Shown in pieces: positions 1 through 10,579 of a stretch of 64,000 bases of DNA (positions are counted from its first letter, which is position 1; each line of letters starts with the position of its first letter). Both the position numbers and the translations under genes were made by a program. The notes under the pieces are model-generated. The model did no database searches. It was not told where the DNA came from and saw only the letters and a program-made list of their open reading frames with translations. This DNA comes from Alphaproteobacteria bacterium. Its GTDB lineage: Bacteria; Pseudomonadota; Alphaproteobacteria; UBA7887. Location: contig CBDCGL010000011.1 of assembly GCA_965216755.1 (NCBI GenBank), forward strand, positions 1,120,001 to 1,184,000. Reading direction: 5' to 3'.

Positions 1-69
1 CGGAAGAAAACCCTCGGCTCGCTTCATGGCCAGCCCTGACGGACCGTACCACGACGTCGATAGCCAATG

Positions 70-912
70 TCATGACTGTTGCATCAGTGCCTTGTCAGCG
101 GTTGACAGGCACACGCGGTTGCGACCGCCACCTTTGGCCTCGTAAAGCGCCGCATCGGCACGCCGCAGCGGCCCAGTAATCTCCGTGTCTCGATTCGATA
201 TCGTGGCGACGCCAATACTGACGGTCAGGGACAAGACCCGGTCGCCAACCACCAGCGGCTCTGCCGCAATTTCAGTCCGCAGCAGCTCAGCAATCTCATA
301 CGCCTCGCGCCTGTCGGCTCGCTCCAGAAGGATAACAAATTCCTCACCGCCATATCGGGCCAGAACATCGCTTTCTCGCAAAGTACGTGTGCAGATTTGC
401 GCGATGTGGCGAAGCGCCGCATCGCCAACACCGTGACCATGGGTGTCGTTGACCGCCTTGAAGTGATCGGCGTCCAGAAATGCGAAAGATAACGGCGTCC
501 GGAACCGCCGCGCGGCCCGAAAGGCATGGTTCGCAATTTCCATAAAATGTCGCCGATTATAGAGACCCGTGAGTTCGTCGCGTGTCGTCAATTCCTTGAG
601 TGCAACCTCGGATTGCTCTCGGCGTTCGATTTCCTTCTTTAGCTGGAGCGCTCGGTGGAGCAGTTCCGAACGCTCGGATGCGAGGTCTCGGCCAAACACC
701 AGGAAATAGTAGACGATCGGTGGGGTTAGCAGGACTGGAATGAAGATCGGCAGCAGAATGGCGGTCGACTGGGTGAAGGATATGGGTTCCCATATCCAAT
801 AGGCCAAATAGCAGACCGTCACGGACACAATGACGCAGATGATCGAGAAGATCAGCGCGCCTTGAACCGGGCTCAGTCGCTCTACACATCCGCGAAAGAA
901 CAACGCCATCAC
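70..912 (-). CDS. Membrane-bound diguanylate cyclase (2 TM + GGDEF)
   Basis: Two N-terminal hydrophobic helices; DELTGLYNRR, DADHFKAVND, RESD I-site, RYGGEEF. Confidence 0.95.
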   Translation of the reverse strand: MMALFFRGCVERLSPVQGALIFSIICVIVSVTVCYLAYWIWEPISFTQSTAILLPIFIPVLLTPPIVYYFLVFGRDLASERSELLHRALQLKKEIERREQSEVALKELTTRDELTGLYNRRHFMEIANHAFRAARRFRTPLSFAFLDADHFKAVNDTHGHGVGDAALRHIAQICTRTLRESDVLARYGGEEFVILLERADRREAYEIAELLRTEIAAEPLVVGDRVLSLTVSIGVATISNRDTEITGPLRRADAALYEAKGGGRNRVCLSTADKALMQQS

Positions 913-1206
913 ACTGAGATAGCGCGAGGTCCTTAGCTTCCAACCCGGATTGGTACTGTTCCAAACGCCACCTTTCTCTTCCGTTGCGGCGAAAGCTCAC
1001 GGAATTCAGATTAGTTGTGCAAAGTTCGTTGAAATTTTTGCGATAATGACTGCGCAACCAACCCTTTTTGGTGCGTTTCGGAAAATCGAAGACCACCCGA
1101 GCGCCAGAGAGCCGCGACCAGTACCGGTCGAAATTTCGGTTTTTGGCGGATTCCGTGGATTCCGTGACAGTTTACCAAATTAACAAAATAATGTGCCCAC
1201 AAGATA

Positions 1207-1488
1207 TTAACACACCAAATATTGTGTATTAAGTAAACTGTCACCGTAATAGAAAAGATAATACGAGATCGGCGGCGTTATCAGCGCGGGCACAAGAATG
1301 GGCAACATCATTGCAAGCGGCTCGGAGAACGATCTGTGCAACCATAACGCGTACATTGGGAAACACATGGCCACCGAGCCGGTCACTGAAATCACCGTGA
1401 ATAGCAACGCTCCCCGTATCGGGGTCAAACGTTGTATCGATTGCCGGGATCTTGGGGTCATCAAGATGAGATAGTGCACAAATCGCAC
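1207..1488 (-). pseudogene. Truncated paralogue of the adjacent cyclase's membrane domain (or a small membrane protein)
   Basis: RLTPIRGALLF...LPILVPALITPPISYY aligns with RLSPVQGALIF...LPIFIPVLLTPPIVYY; no GGDEF domain follows. Confidence 0.65.
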
Positions 1489-1514
1489 TAACCCATCAGA
1501 ACTAGGCTGAACGG

Positions 1515-2084
1515 CTAAGCGCTGCCCGACTGGCCAGCCGCCAACTCGTAGCCGCGCGCAAGCGCCGCTAGATTCAATTTGTGGAGTTTCTCGGGCAAAT
1601 CACCGCGAACCGCGTCTGCCAACGCGTCACGCGGGCACAGTTCCGTGTGTCCCGCTAGTGCGCCCAGCGCAACGATGTTCGTCGCACGAACAGAGCCCAG
1701 TGAGATTGCCGTCGCACGCAAAGGCAGTGGGTACACCTTGAATTGTCCGTTGGGTGGCGATGTTACGCACTCGCTGTCGACAAAGACGACCGCGTTCTCT
1801 TTGATCAGCCCTTCCGAAGCGGCGACCGCGACCTGATCCAGCACCAGCAGCGCATCGAGACCCGTAACCAACGGCCAATCGATCGGCTTGTCGTCGATGA
1901 CCAGGTCGGCCCGGCTAAGGCCCCCGCGCGACGTGGGCTCATAACTCTGCGATTGCGCGACATAGCGTCCGTTTACCGCCAAAGCCTGAGCAATGATGCG
2001 TGCCACCAACTGCAGGCCCTGGCCACCCGCACCGCTGAGCCGCAACTGGATCAGTCCGGCTTGTCCGTTACTGGGATTTATCAC
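1515..2084 (-). CDS. 2-oxoacid:acceptor oxidoreductase gamma subunit
   Basis: SGAGGQG, QSYEPTSRGGLS, NIVALGAL; GTG start at 2084 after AGGAG chosen over the longer ORF. Confidence 0.9.
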   Translation of the reverse strand: MINPSNGQAGLIQLRLSGAGGQGLQLVARIIAQALAVNGRYVAQSQSYEPTSRGGLSRADLVIDDKPIDWPLVTGLDALLVLDQVAVAASEGLIKENAVVFVDSECVTSPPNGQFKVYPLPLRATAISLGSVRATNIVALGALAGHTELCPRDALADAVRGDLPEKLHKLNLAALARGYELAAGQSGSA

Positions 2085-2919
2085 GTCGCTCCTGCTTGTC
2101 GCGCATGGCATGCCGATAGCTGGCGCCGTATTCGGGGCGGTTGTTGCGAGCCAAAACGCCGGTCCGCCCAGGGTTGGGCCGAAAAGGCTGATCGACTGTG
2201 TTGTCATAAACGTCTGGACGCATTGCGCTTTTTTGGCTGAGAACCATTTCCGCCGACGAGCCCAACTCGTTCTTTCGCCCATATATCTCGGTGCAGTCTG
2301 AGATGATCTCGATAAACGAGAAGCCGGGATGGGCGAAGCCCTCTTTGATCAGGTTTTTGAGAGCCGGCGTTTCCAGCGTGACACCGCGGCCGACAAAGCC
2401 CGCGCCGGCCGCCTCGGCCAGACCACAGGCATCAAACGATGGCTCGTGGTTGCCAGTTGGCGTCGTGGTCGTGAGCCGGCTATCCGCGGTCGTGGGCGAG
2501 ACTTGCCCCCCGGTCATACCGTAGACCTCGTTGTTCAACATCAGGCAGGTGAGATCGAGATTACGCCGACAAGCGTGAATCAAGTGATTGCCGCCGATCG
2601 CGAGGCAGTCGCCATCTCCCGTGATCACGGCGACCCTTAGGTCAGAACGTGCCAAGGCCAGCCCGGTCGCGAACGCAAGTGGCCGGCCATGGGTCACATG
2701 GAACGTATTGGCATCGATATAGGCCCCAAGCCGGCCCGAGCAGCCGATTCCCGATACCACCGCAAGGCGATCTTTGGTAATTCCGAGCTCGTGGACGGCC
2801 CAAAGCATCGCCCGCAATGCAATACCGTGACCGCAGCCCGGACACAGAAAGTGCGGCATCATGTCGTGACGCAGATAGGACCGAATGTCGAATTGGTCGG
2901 GCTGCTTGCTGCGCATCAC
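2068..2919 (-). CDS. 2-oxoacid:ferredoxin oxidoreductase beta subunit (TPP-binding)
   Basis: CPGCG, SGIGCS, HGR, GDGD...IGGNH, NNEVYGMTGGQ. Confidence 0.95.
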   Translation of the reverse strand: MMRSKQPDQFDIRSYLRHDMMPHFLCPGCGHGIALRAMLWAVHELGITKDRLAVVSGIGCSGRLGAYIDANTFHVTHGRPLAFATGLALARSDLRVAVITGDGDCLAIGGNHLIHACRRNLDLTCLMLNNEVYGMTGGQVSPTTADSRLTTTTPTGNHEPSFDACGLAEAAGAGFVGRGVTLETPALKNLIKEGFAHPGFSFIEIISDCTEIYGRKNELGSSAEMVLSQKSAMRPDVYDNTVDQPFRPNPGRTGVLARNNRPEYGASYRHAMRDKQERRDKSQ

Positions 2920-4064
2920 CGACCGCCTTCCAACGCGGTTTCACGGATTGTATCCAAGATCGCAGCGGGCTCGATCGGTGCCCCATCCATACGATTGAGC
3001 CCACGAACCACGACACCGTCGCGGCTCAAGCGTTCGATTTCCAGCCGCAGCTGACCGGCGTTCATTTCCGGTACAACGATCGTTCGCGCGTTCCGCGTCG
3101 CCGCTGCGAACGCCGCTTCCGGAAATGGCCATAGCGTGATCGGCCGAAAAAGCCCCACCCGAACCCCAGATTGCCGACCGCCGGAAACCGCACGCTGTGC
3201 GGCGCGCGCAGAAATCCCATAAGCGATGAGAACGATCTCTGCGTCATCGCATGCCGTCACGTCGTAGGCCGCAATCTCGTTCTGGTGCAGCTCCATCTTT
3301 CTCAAGAGCCGCGTAACGGCGCGTTCGACCGCCGCCGGATCCTGGGTCGGAAATCCGTCTTCGCCGTGGGTCAACCCGGTGGTATGGGATCGGTAGCCAT
3401 CGCCAGGACGCGCCATCGCGGGAATCAGATCCTCCGTCTCGACATACGGCCTAAAGTCTTCTGGTGGCGTGGTTGCCCACGGCCGCGTTTCCAGACAATC
3501 GACCCGATGATGGGTCAAGTCGACTGTTTCCGTGAGGTGGCCAAGTGTTTCGTCGTAAAGGACCACGACGGGCACGCGCAGCCGTTCGGAAAGATTGAAA
3601 GCGCGCATGGTCTGGGCATGGATTTCACTCACCGAGTGTGGCGTCAACACGACGATCGGGTGATCCCCGTGTGTCCCCCAGCGTGCCTGCATCACGTCGC
3701 CCTGGGCGGGACGCGTTGGCAGCCCGGTACTCGGACCGCCGCGCATGACATTAACAATCACGCACGGCACCTCGGTTGCCGCCGCATAGCCCAAATTCTC
3801 TTGCTTGAGCGAAAACCCCGGCCCACTGGTCGCGGTCATCGCTTTGCTGCCACCCAAAGAAGCCCCGATCACGGCCGCCATCGATGCAATTTCGTCTTCC
3901 ATTTGTATGAAGACACCGCCGACTTCCGGCAATGCCGCGGACATGTGCTCCGCTATTTCCGATGACGGGGTAATCGGGTAACCCGCAAAAAACCGGCATC
4001 CCGCAGCAATGGCTCCCAACGCACAAGCCTCGTTGCCTTGCAAATTGCGGACGTGAGCGGCCAC
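2916..4064 (-). CDS. 2-oxoacid:ferredoxin oxidoreductase alpha subunit (KorA/VorB type)
   Basis: GYPITPSSE, QMEDEIAS, ATSGPGFSL, RGGPSTG, EMNAGQ. Confidence 0.95.
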   Translation of the reverse strand: MAAHVRNLQGNEACALGAIAAGCRFFAGYPITPSSEIAEHMSAALPEVGGVFIQMEDEIASMAAVIGASLGGSKAMTATSGPGFSLKQENLGYAAATEVPCVIVNVMRGGPSTGLPTRPAQGDVMQARWGTHGDHPIVVLTPHSVSEIHAQTMRAFNLSERLRVPVVVLYDETLGHLTETVDLTHHRVDCLETRPWATTPPEDFRPYVETEDLIPAMARPGDGYRSHTTGLTHGEDGFPTQDPAAVERAVTRLLRKMELHQNEIAAYDVTACDDAEIVLIAYGISARAAQRAVSGGRQSGVRVGLFRPITLWPFPEAAFAAATRNARTIVVPEMNAGQLRLEIERLSRDGVVVRGLNRMDGAPIEPAAILDTIRETALEGGR

Positions 4065-4067
4065 GGC

Positions 4068-4985
4068 CTAGACCACCGATGGTGCCATCGCCGGGACCGT
4101 ATGCACGGTGATCGCGAAATCCGGACACAACCATTCGCAGATCCGACAACCGGTGCATGCCTCAGGATCGGTCAGAACGACTATTTGCTTGCGATTGAGG
4201 GCCAAGCACCGCTCGGGACAGAGTTTGACGCAGATGTCGCACCCTTTGCACCATCTCTCGATGATCTCTAATCGCACGTGGTCGGCGTCGTTCACCACTG
4301 GTGGTACCGATTTGCGCGCCGGGCTCGGCCCCGCGGCCGGCCGCACGCCGCGCTGCGCCTCACCCACCCACGCACGCCCGGCGTCGAACGCGCGCAGATT
4401 GACTTCGACAGTCTTCGGTGGAACGTAGAGCCCGATAACCTGTCGCCAGTCGTCCTCCGTAAAGTCTAAGGCCGTGGACAAGGCGCCAAGAAGCACACTG
4501 TTGCCGGCGCGCACATTGCCAAGGTCCCGGGCAATATTGGCGGCGTCAAGCGCGTAACCATCGCCGACGTGGGCTAGTACCTCGCGCGGCGTTTCAACCG
4601 CATAGTCGGGTGCCGCACCCCGACGACGATTTCGACACGCGAACGGCGGCACAATCGTCTGCGTATCGGCGATGAAAGTACCTGATCCCGAACGCAAATA
4701 AGGCAACCACCGCAACCCCTCAGCCCATTCGAGCGCGACCAAAATGTCGGCTTCGCCCTGCGGGATGGTTGGCGACCAGACCCTCGCGCCGAAACGAACA
4801 TGGCTAAACACGGCACCACCACGCTTGGCCATGCCATGAACTTCGCTTTGTTTGACCTCAAAGCCTTGGGCCTGACAAAGATGTGCCAGCACTTTGGACA
4901 CCATAATAACGCCCTGGCCGCCGACGCCGACGATCAAAACGCTTTTTGTCGCAGCATCGCTTTCAGGCTTGGCCATCTTCGGCAC
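4068..4985 (-). CDS. iorB: Indolepyruvate oxidoreductase beta subunit fused to a C-terminal 2[4Fe-4S] ferredoxin domain
   Basis: GVGGQG, SEVHGMAKRGGAV; C-terminal CKGCDICVKLCP and CTGCRICEWLCP. Confidence 0.9.
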   Translation of the reverse strand: MPKMAKPESDAATKSVLIVGVGGQGVIMVSKVLAHLCQAQGFEVKQSEVHGMAKRGGAVFSHVRFGARVWSPTIPQGEADILVALEWAEGLRWLPYLRSGSGTFIADTQTIVPPFACRNRRRGAAPDYAVETPREVLAHVGDGYALDAANIARDLGNVRAGNSVLLGALSTALDFTEDDWRQVIGLYVPPKTVEVNLRAFDAGRAWVGEAQRGVRPAAGPSPARKSVPPVVNDADHVRLEIIERWCKGCDICVKLCPERCLALNRKQIVVLTDPEACTGCRICEWLCPDFAITVHTVPAMAPSVV

Positions 4986-4988
4986 CGT

Positions 4989-6845
4989 CTAATGGGCGTC
5001 TGCGCCGTCGGTTTTCGAATGATCAGGCGCGGTGATGCCACCGGCCGGACACAACTGGGCACAAATCGCGCACCCGATACAGCTGGCCGGGTCGATGGTG
5101 ACACGATGATGCCCGTCATACAGTTCATCGCTCCATGAGATGGCCGGGCACCCCAGGTTCATGCACGACTGACATGCGGTGCAATTCTCGCTTTGGATAG
5201 TCAAGGCCGGCCCCTTGATCCGGACTGGATCGAGGACACAGGGTCGGTCGACAATAACCACGGCAACGCCCTGATAGTTGGCGGCTTCGCGGCACGTACG
5301 CAACGTCGCGCCGATGTCATAGGGGTCCGCTTTCTTGACCCACTTGACACCAACCGCACGGATCAGGGCTTCATAGTCTACGGTGTGGGTTTCCTCGCCA
5401 CGCAAGGTTCGTCCGGTGCCCGGATGATCCTGGCCACCCGTCATCGCCGTAATATGATTGTCGAGCAAGACGACGACTATGTTGGCCTTGTTGTATACGG
5501 CATCGATCAAGGGTGGGATGCCCGAATGCAAGAATGTCGAATCACCGATCGTCGCCACAATTGGTTTGGTTTCCGTGCCGGATTTGGCAATCCCGACCGC
5601 GTTCGCAATGCTGGAACCCATGGCGACCGTGGTATCGATCGACTTGAGCGGCTCGATCGCCGCCAGTGTGTAGCAACCGATATCGCCGGTGACCCGCGCG
5701 CCGAGGCCGCGTAGGGCCATGTATGCGCCCGTATGCGGACAACCCGCACACAACAGGGGTGGCCGCGCAACCGTACCCGGTGCCCAGGCCGCCTGAACTT
5801 CAGTTGCCGGCATCAAGCCGGCTTTTTCGAGCCCCTCCCGGACACGCTCTACCGACAGTTCCCCGGCGCGCGGGAAAAACTCTTTGCCCGCCACGTCGAT
5901 GCACATGGCCCGGATTTCGGTCTCGAGCAGAGGCTCCAGTTCTTCGACCACCAGAACTCGTTCGACCGAGGCGCAAAAACGCTGCACCTGTTCCCTCGGC
6001 AGGGGATAAGACGCGCCCAATTTCAAAACATGAGCGTGGGGCACGACTTCTTTGACATAGGTGTAGGCAATGCCGTGAGTAATAATCCCCAAGTTACCGG
6101 TTCCCACCTCCCACCGCGTGAACTCTTCTCCGGCCAAATGGGTTTCCAGCGCAGCTTCACGTTCCAACACCAGCGGATGGCGAAGTCGGGCATGCGCCGG
6201 AATGATGACGTTCTTGACTCGATCTTCAACGAATTGACCGGGCGTGATGTCCTCGCGCGGTCCGACCCGAACTGGGCTTCGCGTATGTGATAATCGCGTC
6301 GTACTTCGCACGATAACCGGCGTGTCAAATTCTTCGCTCAGAGCAAACGCGCGTTTCGTGAAGTTCAATGCCTCTTGGGCATCGCACGGTTCCAAAACCG
6401 GCACATTCGCAAAGCGCGCGAACAGACGCGTATCTTGTTCGTTTTGTGAACTGTGAATCCCCGGATCATCACAGACGACCAACACCAGCCCGCCATTGAC
6501 GCCGATATAGGTCTGCGACATCAATGCGTCGGCGGCGACATTTAGCCCGACATGCTTCATCGCCGCCAATGACCGAACACCCGAAAATGAACCACCGATC
6601 GCCACATCCACGGAGACTTTCTCGTTGGTCGCCCATTGCGCGCAAACATCATCTTCGGGATAGGTGCCGAGGCTTTCCAAAATCTCGGTACTCGGCGTGC
6701 CTGGATAGGCGGCTGCCAGCCTGACGCCCGCCTCCCAGGCGCCACGTGCGATGGCCTCATTACCGGTCAACGGCCTGACATCTGTCACCGCCTGGCCAAC
6801 CGCGTCAATCGTATCTTGGATGGCGATCGTTTGTTGCTCGTTCAT
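4989..6845 (-). CDS. iorA: Indolepyruvate:ferredoxin oxidoreductase alpha subunit
   Basis: YPGTPSTE, MKHVGLNVA, HSSQNEQD, CAGCPH, GDIGCY, GDSTFLHSG, two C-terminal CxxCxxC motifs. Confidence 0.95.
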   Translation of the reverse strand: MNEQQTIAIQDTIDAVGQAVTDVRPLTGNEAIARGAWEAGVRLAAAYPGTPSTEILESLGTYPEDDVCAQWATNEKVSVDVAIGGSFSGVRSLAAMKHVGLNVAADALMSQTYIGVNGGLVLVVCDDPGIHSSQNEQDTRLFARFANVPVLEPCDAQEALNFTKRAFALSEEFDTPVIVRSTTRLSHTRSPVRVGPREDITPGQFVEDRVKNVIIPAHARLRHPLVLEREAALETHLAGEEFTRWEVGTGNLGIITHGIAYTYVKEVVPHAHVLKLGASYPLPREQVQRFCASVERVLVVEELEPLLETEIRAMCIDVAGKEFFPRAGELSVERVREGLEKAGLMPATEVQAAWAPGTVARPPLLCAGCPHTGAYMALRGLGARVTGDIGCYTLAAIEPLKSIDTTVAMGSSIANAVGIAKSGTETKPIVATIGDSTFLHSGIPPLIDAVYNKANIVVVLLDNHITAMTGGQDHPGTGRTLRGEETHTVDYEALIRAVGVKWVKKADPYDIGATLRTCREAANYQGVAVVIVDRPCVLDPVRIKGPALTIQSENCTACQSCMNLGCPAISWSDELYDGHHRVTIDPASCIGCAICAQLCPAGGITAPDHSKTDGADAH

Positions 6846-7297
6846 GTCAAAGCCCTGGCCCAGCTCATTTCCTCAAGCTCCGCTGCTTGGCGAGGACCAG
6901 ATGCAGAACGGCTGGCGATGGGATTGATTCGACCGCACGTCGTGTATCCCATAAGTCGCTGCCAAATCACCGCACCCCAATTTCGATGTCCGCTAAAAGA
7001 ACTCAAAAATAGACACAAAATTCACCTCGCTGGAGCATTGTCGCGTCAATCGCAGGCACCACTTTGACCTAGGTTAGGCTGCCGTAGGGCGGCCGCGCCG
7101 AACCAGCGAATCGGAACAGGAATAAAGTGCGGGAAACGGCGCTGAACAAGGGATTTGAAACCCGTCTCCTCGGTCGCCCTAATTGGCAGAGTGTCGCCGC
7201 TTTTTTGCCGCGTTGATGGATTATTCTTGTGTTTGTCAATGAACGTAACATGCTCGGAATCGACAAACGAGCGGCCTTGAGAGGGTTACATTGCGCC

Positions 7298-7900
7298 ATG
7301 AGCCGACGCAGAGATTTCACTATCGTATTGACGTTACTCGCTTGTTTGACGGTGTCGACGGGCGCCCGCATAGCCGGCGCCACCGCCGAAACCGCAAGCC
7401 AGTTCATTGAATCAGTTGGTCAACAAGTCGTTGATGTGCTGCAAACGACGCAGCCGACCGACCAAGAACGGCACATGCGCTTTCGCAGCATATTCACGGA
7501 AGCTTTTGATGTAGAACTTATTTCTAGATTTGTTCTAGGCCGACATTGGCAAAAAATGACACCCGAGCAAGAAACTGAATACAGCGCCCTGTTCGCCGAC
7601 TATGTCGTGGAGATTTACGCGCATCAATTTGATAAATATTCTGGGCAAACTTTTGAGATTGTGTCGAAAACTGAACTATCCGAAACGGATACTTTGGTTA
7701 CCCTTCAAATTCTGCGAGAAGGGGGTCCGCCGCTGCCAATCGACTTCCGCGTCAAAGACAATGGCAGCGCGCTCAAGATTGTAGATACCGCGGTGGAGGG
7801 CGTGAGCTTGATCGTGACAAAACGGTCTGAATTCAGCGCGGTCGTCGGGCGCGAGGGAATAGAAGGTCTTTTGGGTCGCCTGCGCCAAGCTCTCAGTTAG
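7298..7900 (+). CDS. mlaC: MlaC/Ttg2D phospholipid-binding periplasmic protein
   Basis: Signal-like N-terminus; FVLGRHW, KIVDxxVEGVSL, RSEF; start uncertain. Confidence 0.85.
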   Translation: MSRRRDFTIVLTLLACLTVSTGARIAGATAETASQFIESVGQQVVDVLQTTQPTDQERHMRFRSIFTEAFDVELISRFVLGRHWQKMTPEQETEYSALFADYVVEIYAHQFDKYSGQTFEIVSKTELSETDTLVTLQILREGGPPLPIDFRVKDNGSALKIVDTAVEGVSLIVTKRSEFSAVVGREGIEGLLGRLRQALS

Positions 7901-7945
7901 GTCGCCGCATCCGCCGCGGCGCGATGATGGCGGCGGTTGGACCGG

Positions 7946-8524
7946 TCACCAGCGCAAGGTCATAACTTCATTTTCGACCTCATAACCGCGTAGGCGGCCG
8001 AGAAAACTCATTCCAAGCAGAGAGACCGACATAGGGCCCTCGTTGACGGTTGCATCGACGTTGTTGACCCGAAGTCGATTGAGACGGACTTGTCGTAACG
8101 TGACCGGCGCCATTTTGACGACCCCGTTCGCCGTTCGGGCACGCATGCTGTAGTCGAGCTCGTTGGGACCATATCCGATCCGCCTGGCATCCGCCCGCGA
8201 GAGCACCACCATACTCGCACCGGTGTCCACCAGAAATGGTATCGTGACACCGTTTACGCGCGCTTCGACCATGTAGTGACCGCGCGAATCCGCATGAATG
8301 CGCAATTTGCGGCCCCACCCCTCGTCATCCGCCGCATCTTCCGAATCGTCCCGCACGACCCGTCGCATGCTGGCGTTCAAAGGGCTCGAACGCTCCACCG
8401 CCGAATCTCGCGCCATGTTGTCGATGTCAGTGCGCTGGTCGGCGATTATTGCGCCCATCACACCGATTACCGCAACTAAGAATACCGTGCGTAGTGCCCA
8501 CCCAAGCATGTGCGAGACCCTCAA
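7946..8524 (-). CDS. Clan AA (retropepsin-like) aspartic protease, TIGR02281 type
   Basis: N-terminal TM; GHY, FLVDTGAS, TANG, SLLGMSFL. Confidence 0.92.
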   Translation of the reverse strand: MRVSHMLGWALRTVFLVAVIGVMGAIIADQRTDIDNMARDSAVERSSPLNASMRRVVRDDSEDAADDEGWGRKLRIHADSRGHYMVEARVNGVTIPFLVDTGASMVVLSRADARRIGYGPNELDYSMRARTANGVVKMAPVTLRQVRLNRLRVNNVDATVNEGPMSVSLLGMSFLGRLRGYEVENEVMTLRW

Positions 8525-8860
8525 CAGTTCAGGGTACGCGCAGTGTCAGATTTGCGCGTAATGGCCGTGATTTGGCCAGTTGGCTTGCCACCACAATATG
8601 GGCCAGCGGTTTAGGGTTCGCTAAACGGGCCGACGAAGCAGTCACCGGGCACACAAATCGTTCAACTTTTCGCGAACGATGTCAGCGCGATGTCAGAAAT
8701 TTGCGAGTCCCGACAAAGAAACGCATGGATCCGCGAGTGCGGCGGGCAGCTATAGGAAATAGCGATGCTCGCTATTAATGTTTCATTGGGTGCCGGATCG
8801 ATATGTTGGAGCAATTCTAAAAACCAGCGAAAATGCGCTCTGGGGATGGAAATGGCGACG

Positions 8861-9070
8861 ATGCACACGGGGACGGTCAAGTCATACGACAGCAAGCACG
8901 GCTATGCGGTCGTTATTACTGACGGCAGCGGATTCGAAGTTCTCGTCTCGTTTGTCGACCTGATCCGATCCGGCGTCGGCCCCCTTGCTTCGGGCCAGCG
9001 CCTGCGTTTTCGCATGGATTCACAAAGACGACTGCCGAAAGCGCGAGATCTGGTGCTTTTGCAGGCCTAA
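8861..9070 (+). CDS. Degenerate cold-shock domain protein
   Basis: TGTVK..D..HGY, GQRLRF, KARDL match the Csp pattern; start may be 8846, 8852 or 8861. Confidence 0.75.
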   Translation: MHTGTVKSYDSKHGYAVVITDGSGFEVLVSFVDLIRSGVGPLASGQRLRFRMDSQRRLPKARDLVLLQA

Positions 9071-9156
9071 TACGCCAAAGTCCAACGTCACCACTACCAG
9101 CGACAGCACCCGGACCAATTGGCCCGAGCGCTTGGTCGCATCAGAAAGTGACCAGT

Positions 9157-10440
9157 CTACTCGGCGGCAGTCTTGAATTGAGCCGCCTCGGTCGAATCGC
9201 TTAACGCGGTCGTGGACGCCTTGCCCGCGCTCACGGCCATTGAAACGGCATCGAAATAGCCGGTGCCAACCTCGCGCTGGTGACGGACGGCCGTATAGCC
9301 CCGCTCCTGGGCCGCGAACTCAGCATTTTGAAGCTCGCAATAGGCGGCCATGCCACGTTCACTGTATCCTGAGGCCAACTCGAACATGGCGTGATTGATG
9401 CTGTGAAATCCAGCCAGTGTCACGAACTGGAACTTGTATCCCATGGCCCCGATTTCGCGTTGGAACCGGGCAATGTCGTCGGCGTCCAAATTTGCCGACC
9501 AATTAAATGACGGCGAGCAATTATAGGCCATCATCTTACCCGGATAGACTTTGTGCATCGCTTCGGCAAAGCGCTTGGCTTGCGCCAAATCTGGCGTTGA
9601 AGTCTCCATCCAGATCAAGTCGGCATAGGGCGCAAATGCCAAGCCACGGGCGACGCAACGCTCAAAACTCGTGCCGTCACGCAGTCGATAAAACCCTTCG
9701 GGCGTGCGTTCGCCGCTCAGGAAGGGCTGGTCACGTTCGTCGACATCGCTGGTAATCAACTTGGCGCTTTCGGCGTCGGTTCGCGCAACGATCAGGCTCG
9801 GCACGCCGCACACGTCGGCGGCCAGGCGCGCCGCAGTCAAGTTGGCGATGTGCTGCTGGGTGGGAATCAGGACTTTGCCGCCCATATGGCCGCATTTCTT
9901 CTCCGACGCTAGCTGATCCTCAAAATGGACGCCCGCCGCGCCCGCTTCGACGTAGGCTTTCATCAGTTCAAAGGCATTTAGGGTACCGCCAAAGCCTGCT
10001 TCCGCATCGGCGACGATCGGCGCGTACCATTCCCGCTGGGCGCCACCTTCCAGGTGCTCCACCTGATCCGCGCGTTGTAGGGCTTTGTTGATGCGCCGAA
10101 CCAACTCAGGACCGCTGTTGACGGGATACAGGCTTTGATCCGGATAAACAGAGCCAGAAACATTGTTGTCGGCCGCGACCTGCCAACCGGAGAGGTAAAT
10201 ACCCTTCAAGCCCGCGCGGACCATTTGCATCGCTTGGTTGCCGGTCACCGCGCCTAATGCATTGACGTACGGCTCCTCATGCAAAAGCGCCCAAAGTCGC
10301 TCGGCGCCGCGGCGCGCAAGCGTGTATTCGATGGCTACGGAACCGCGCAATTTCAGCACGTCTTCGACCGTGTACGGTCGCTCAATACCGTCGAACCGCT
10401 CAGCGCGCACATTGGTCAGATCAGCGAATCCGTTTGCCAT
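9157..10440 (-). CDS. aceA: Isocitrate lyase
   Basis: [43 protein letters not shown]; ATG 10440 after GGAG. Confidence 0.97.
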   Translation of the reverse strand: MANGFADLTNVRAERFDGIERPYTVEDVLKLRGSVAIEYTLARRGAERLWALLHEEPYVNALGAVTGNQAMQMVRAGLKGIYLSGWQVAADNNVSGSVYPDQSLYPVNSGPELVRRINKALQRADQVEHLEGGAQREWYAPIVADAEAGFGGTLNAFELMKAYVEAGAAGVHFEDQLASEKKCGHMGGKVLIPTQQHIANLTAARLAADVCGVPSLIVARTDAESAKLITSDVDERDQPFLSGERTPEGFYRLRDGTSFERCVARGLAFAPYADLIWMETSTPDLAQAKRFAEAMHKVYPGKMMAYNCSPSFNWSANLDADDIARFQREIGAMGYKFQFVTLAGFHSINHAMFELASGYSERGMAAYCELQNAEFAAQERGYTAVRHQREVGTGYFDAVSMAVSAGKASTTALSDSTEAAQFKTAAE

Positions 10441-10508
10441 GGGGTATCTCCTTATGATTGCCGATGGGACTATAACGCACCGCAGCATGAATCCCAACTG
10501 AAGATAAC

Positions 10509-10572
10509 TGTAAAAATGTAACTGAGTAAAACTTGAAAATATTATGGCTCCATCTTTGTCAATTTTGTAAAA
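10509..10572. promoter_or_regulatory. Divergent aceA/regulator promoter with repeated TGTAA-like operator sites
   Basis: TGTAAAAATGTAA (10509-10521) and TTTGTCAATTTTGTAAAA (10555-10572) in an AT-rich spacer. Confidence 0.5.
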
Positions 10573-10579
10573 TATTCGG

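Noticed and set aside
1148-1165. GGATTCCGT tandem duplicate
   Set aside because: Only two 9-bp copies; could be chance.
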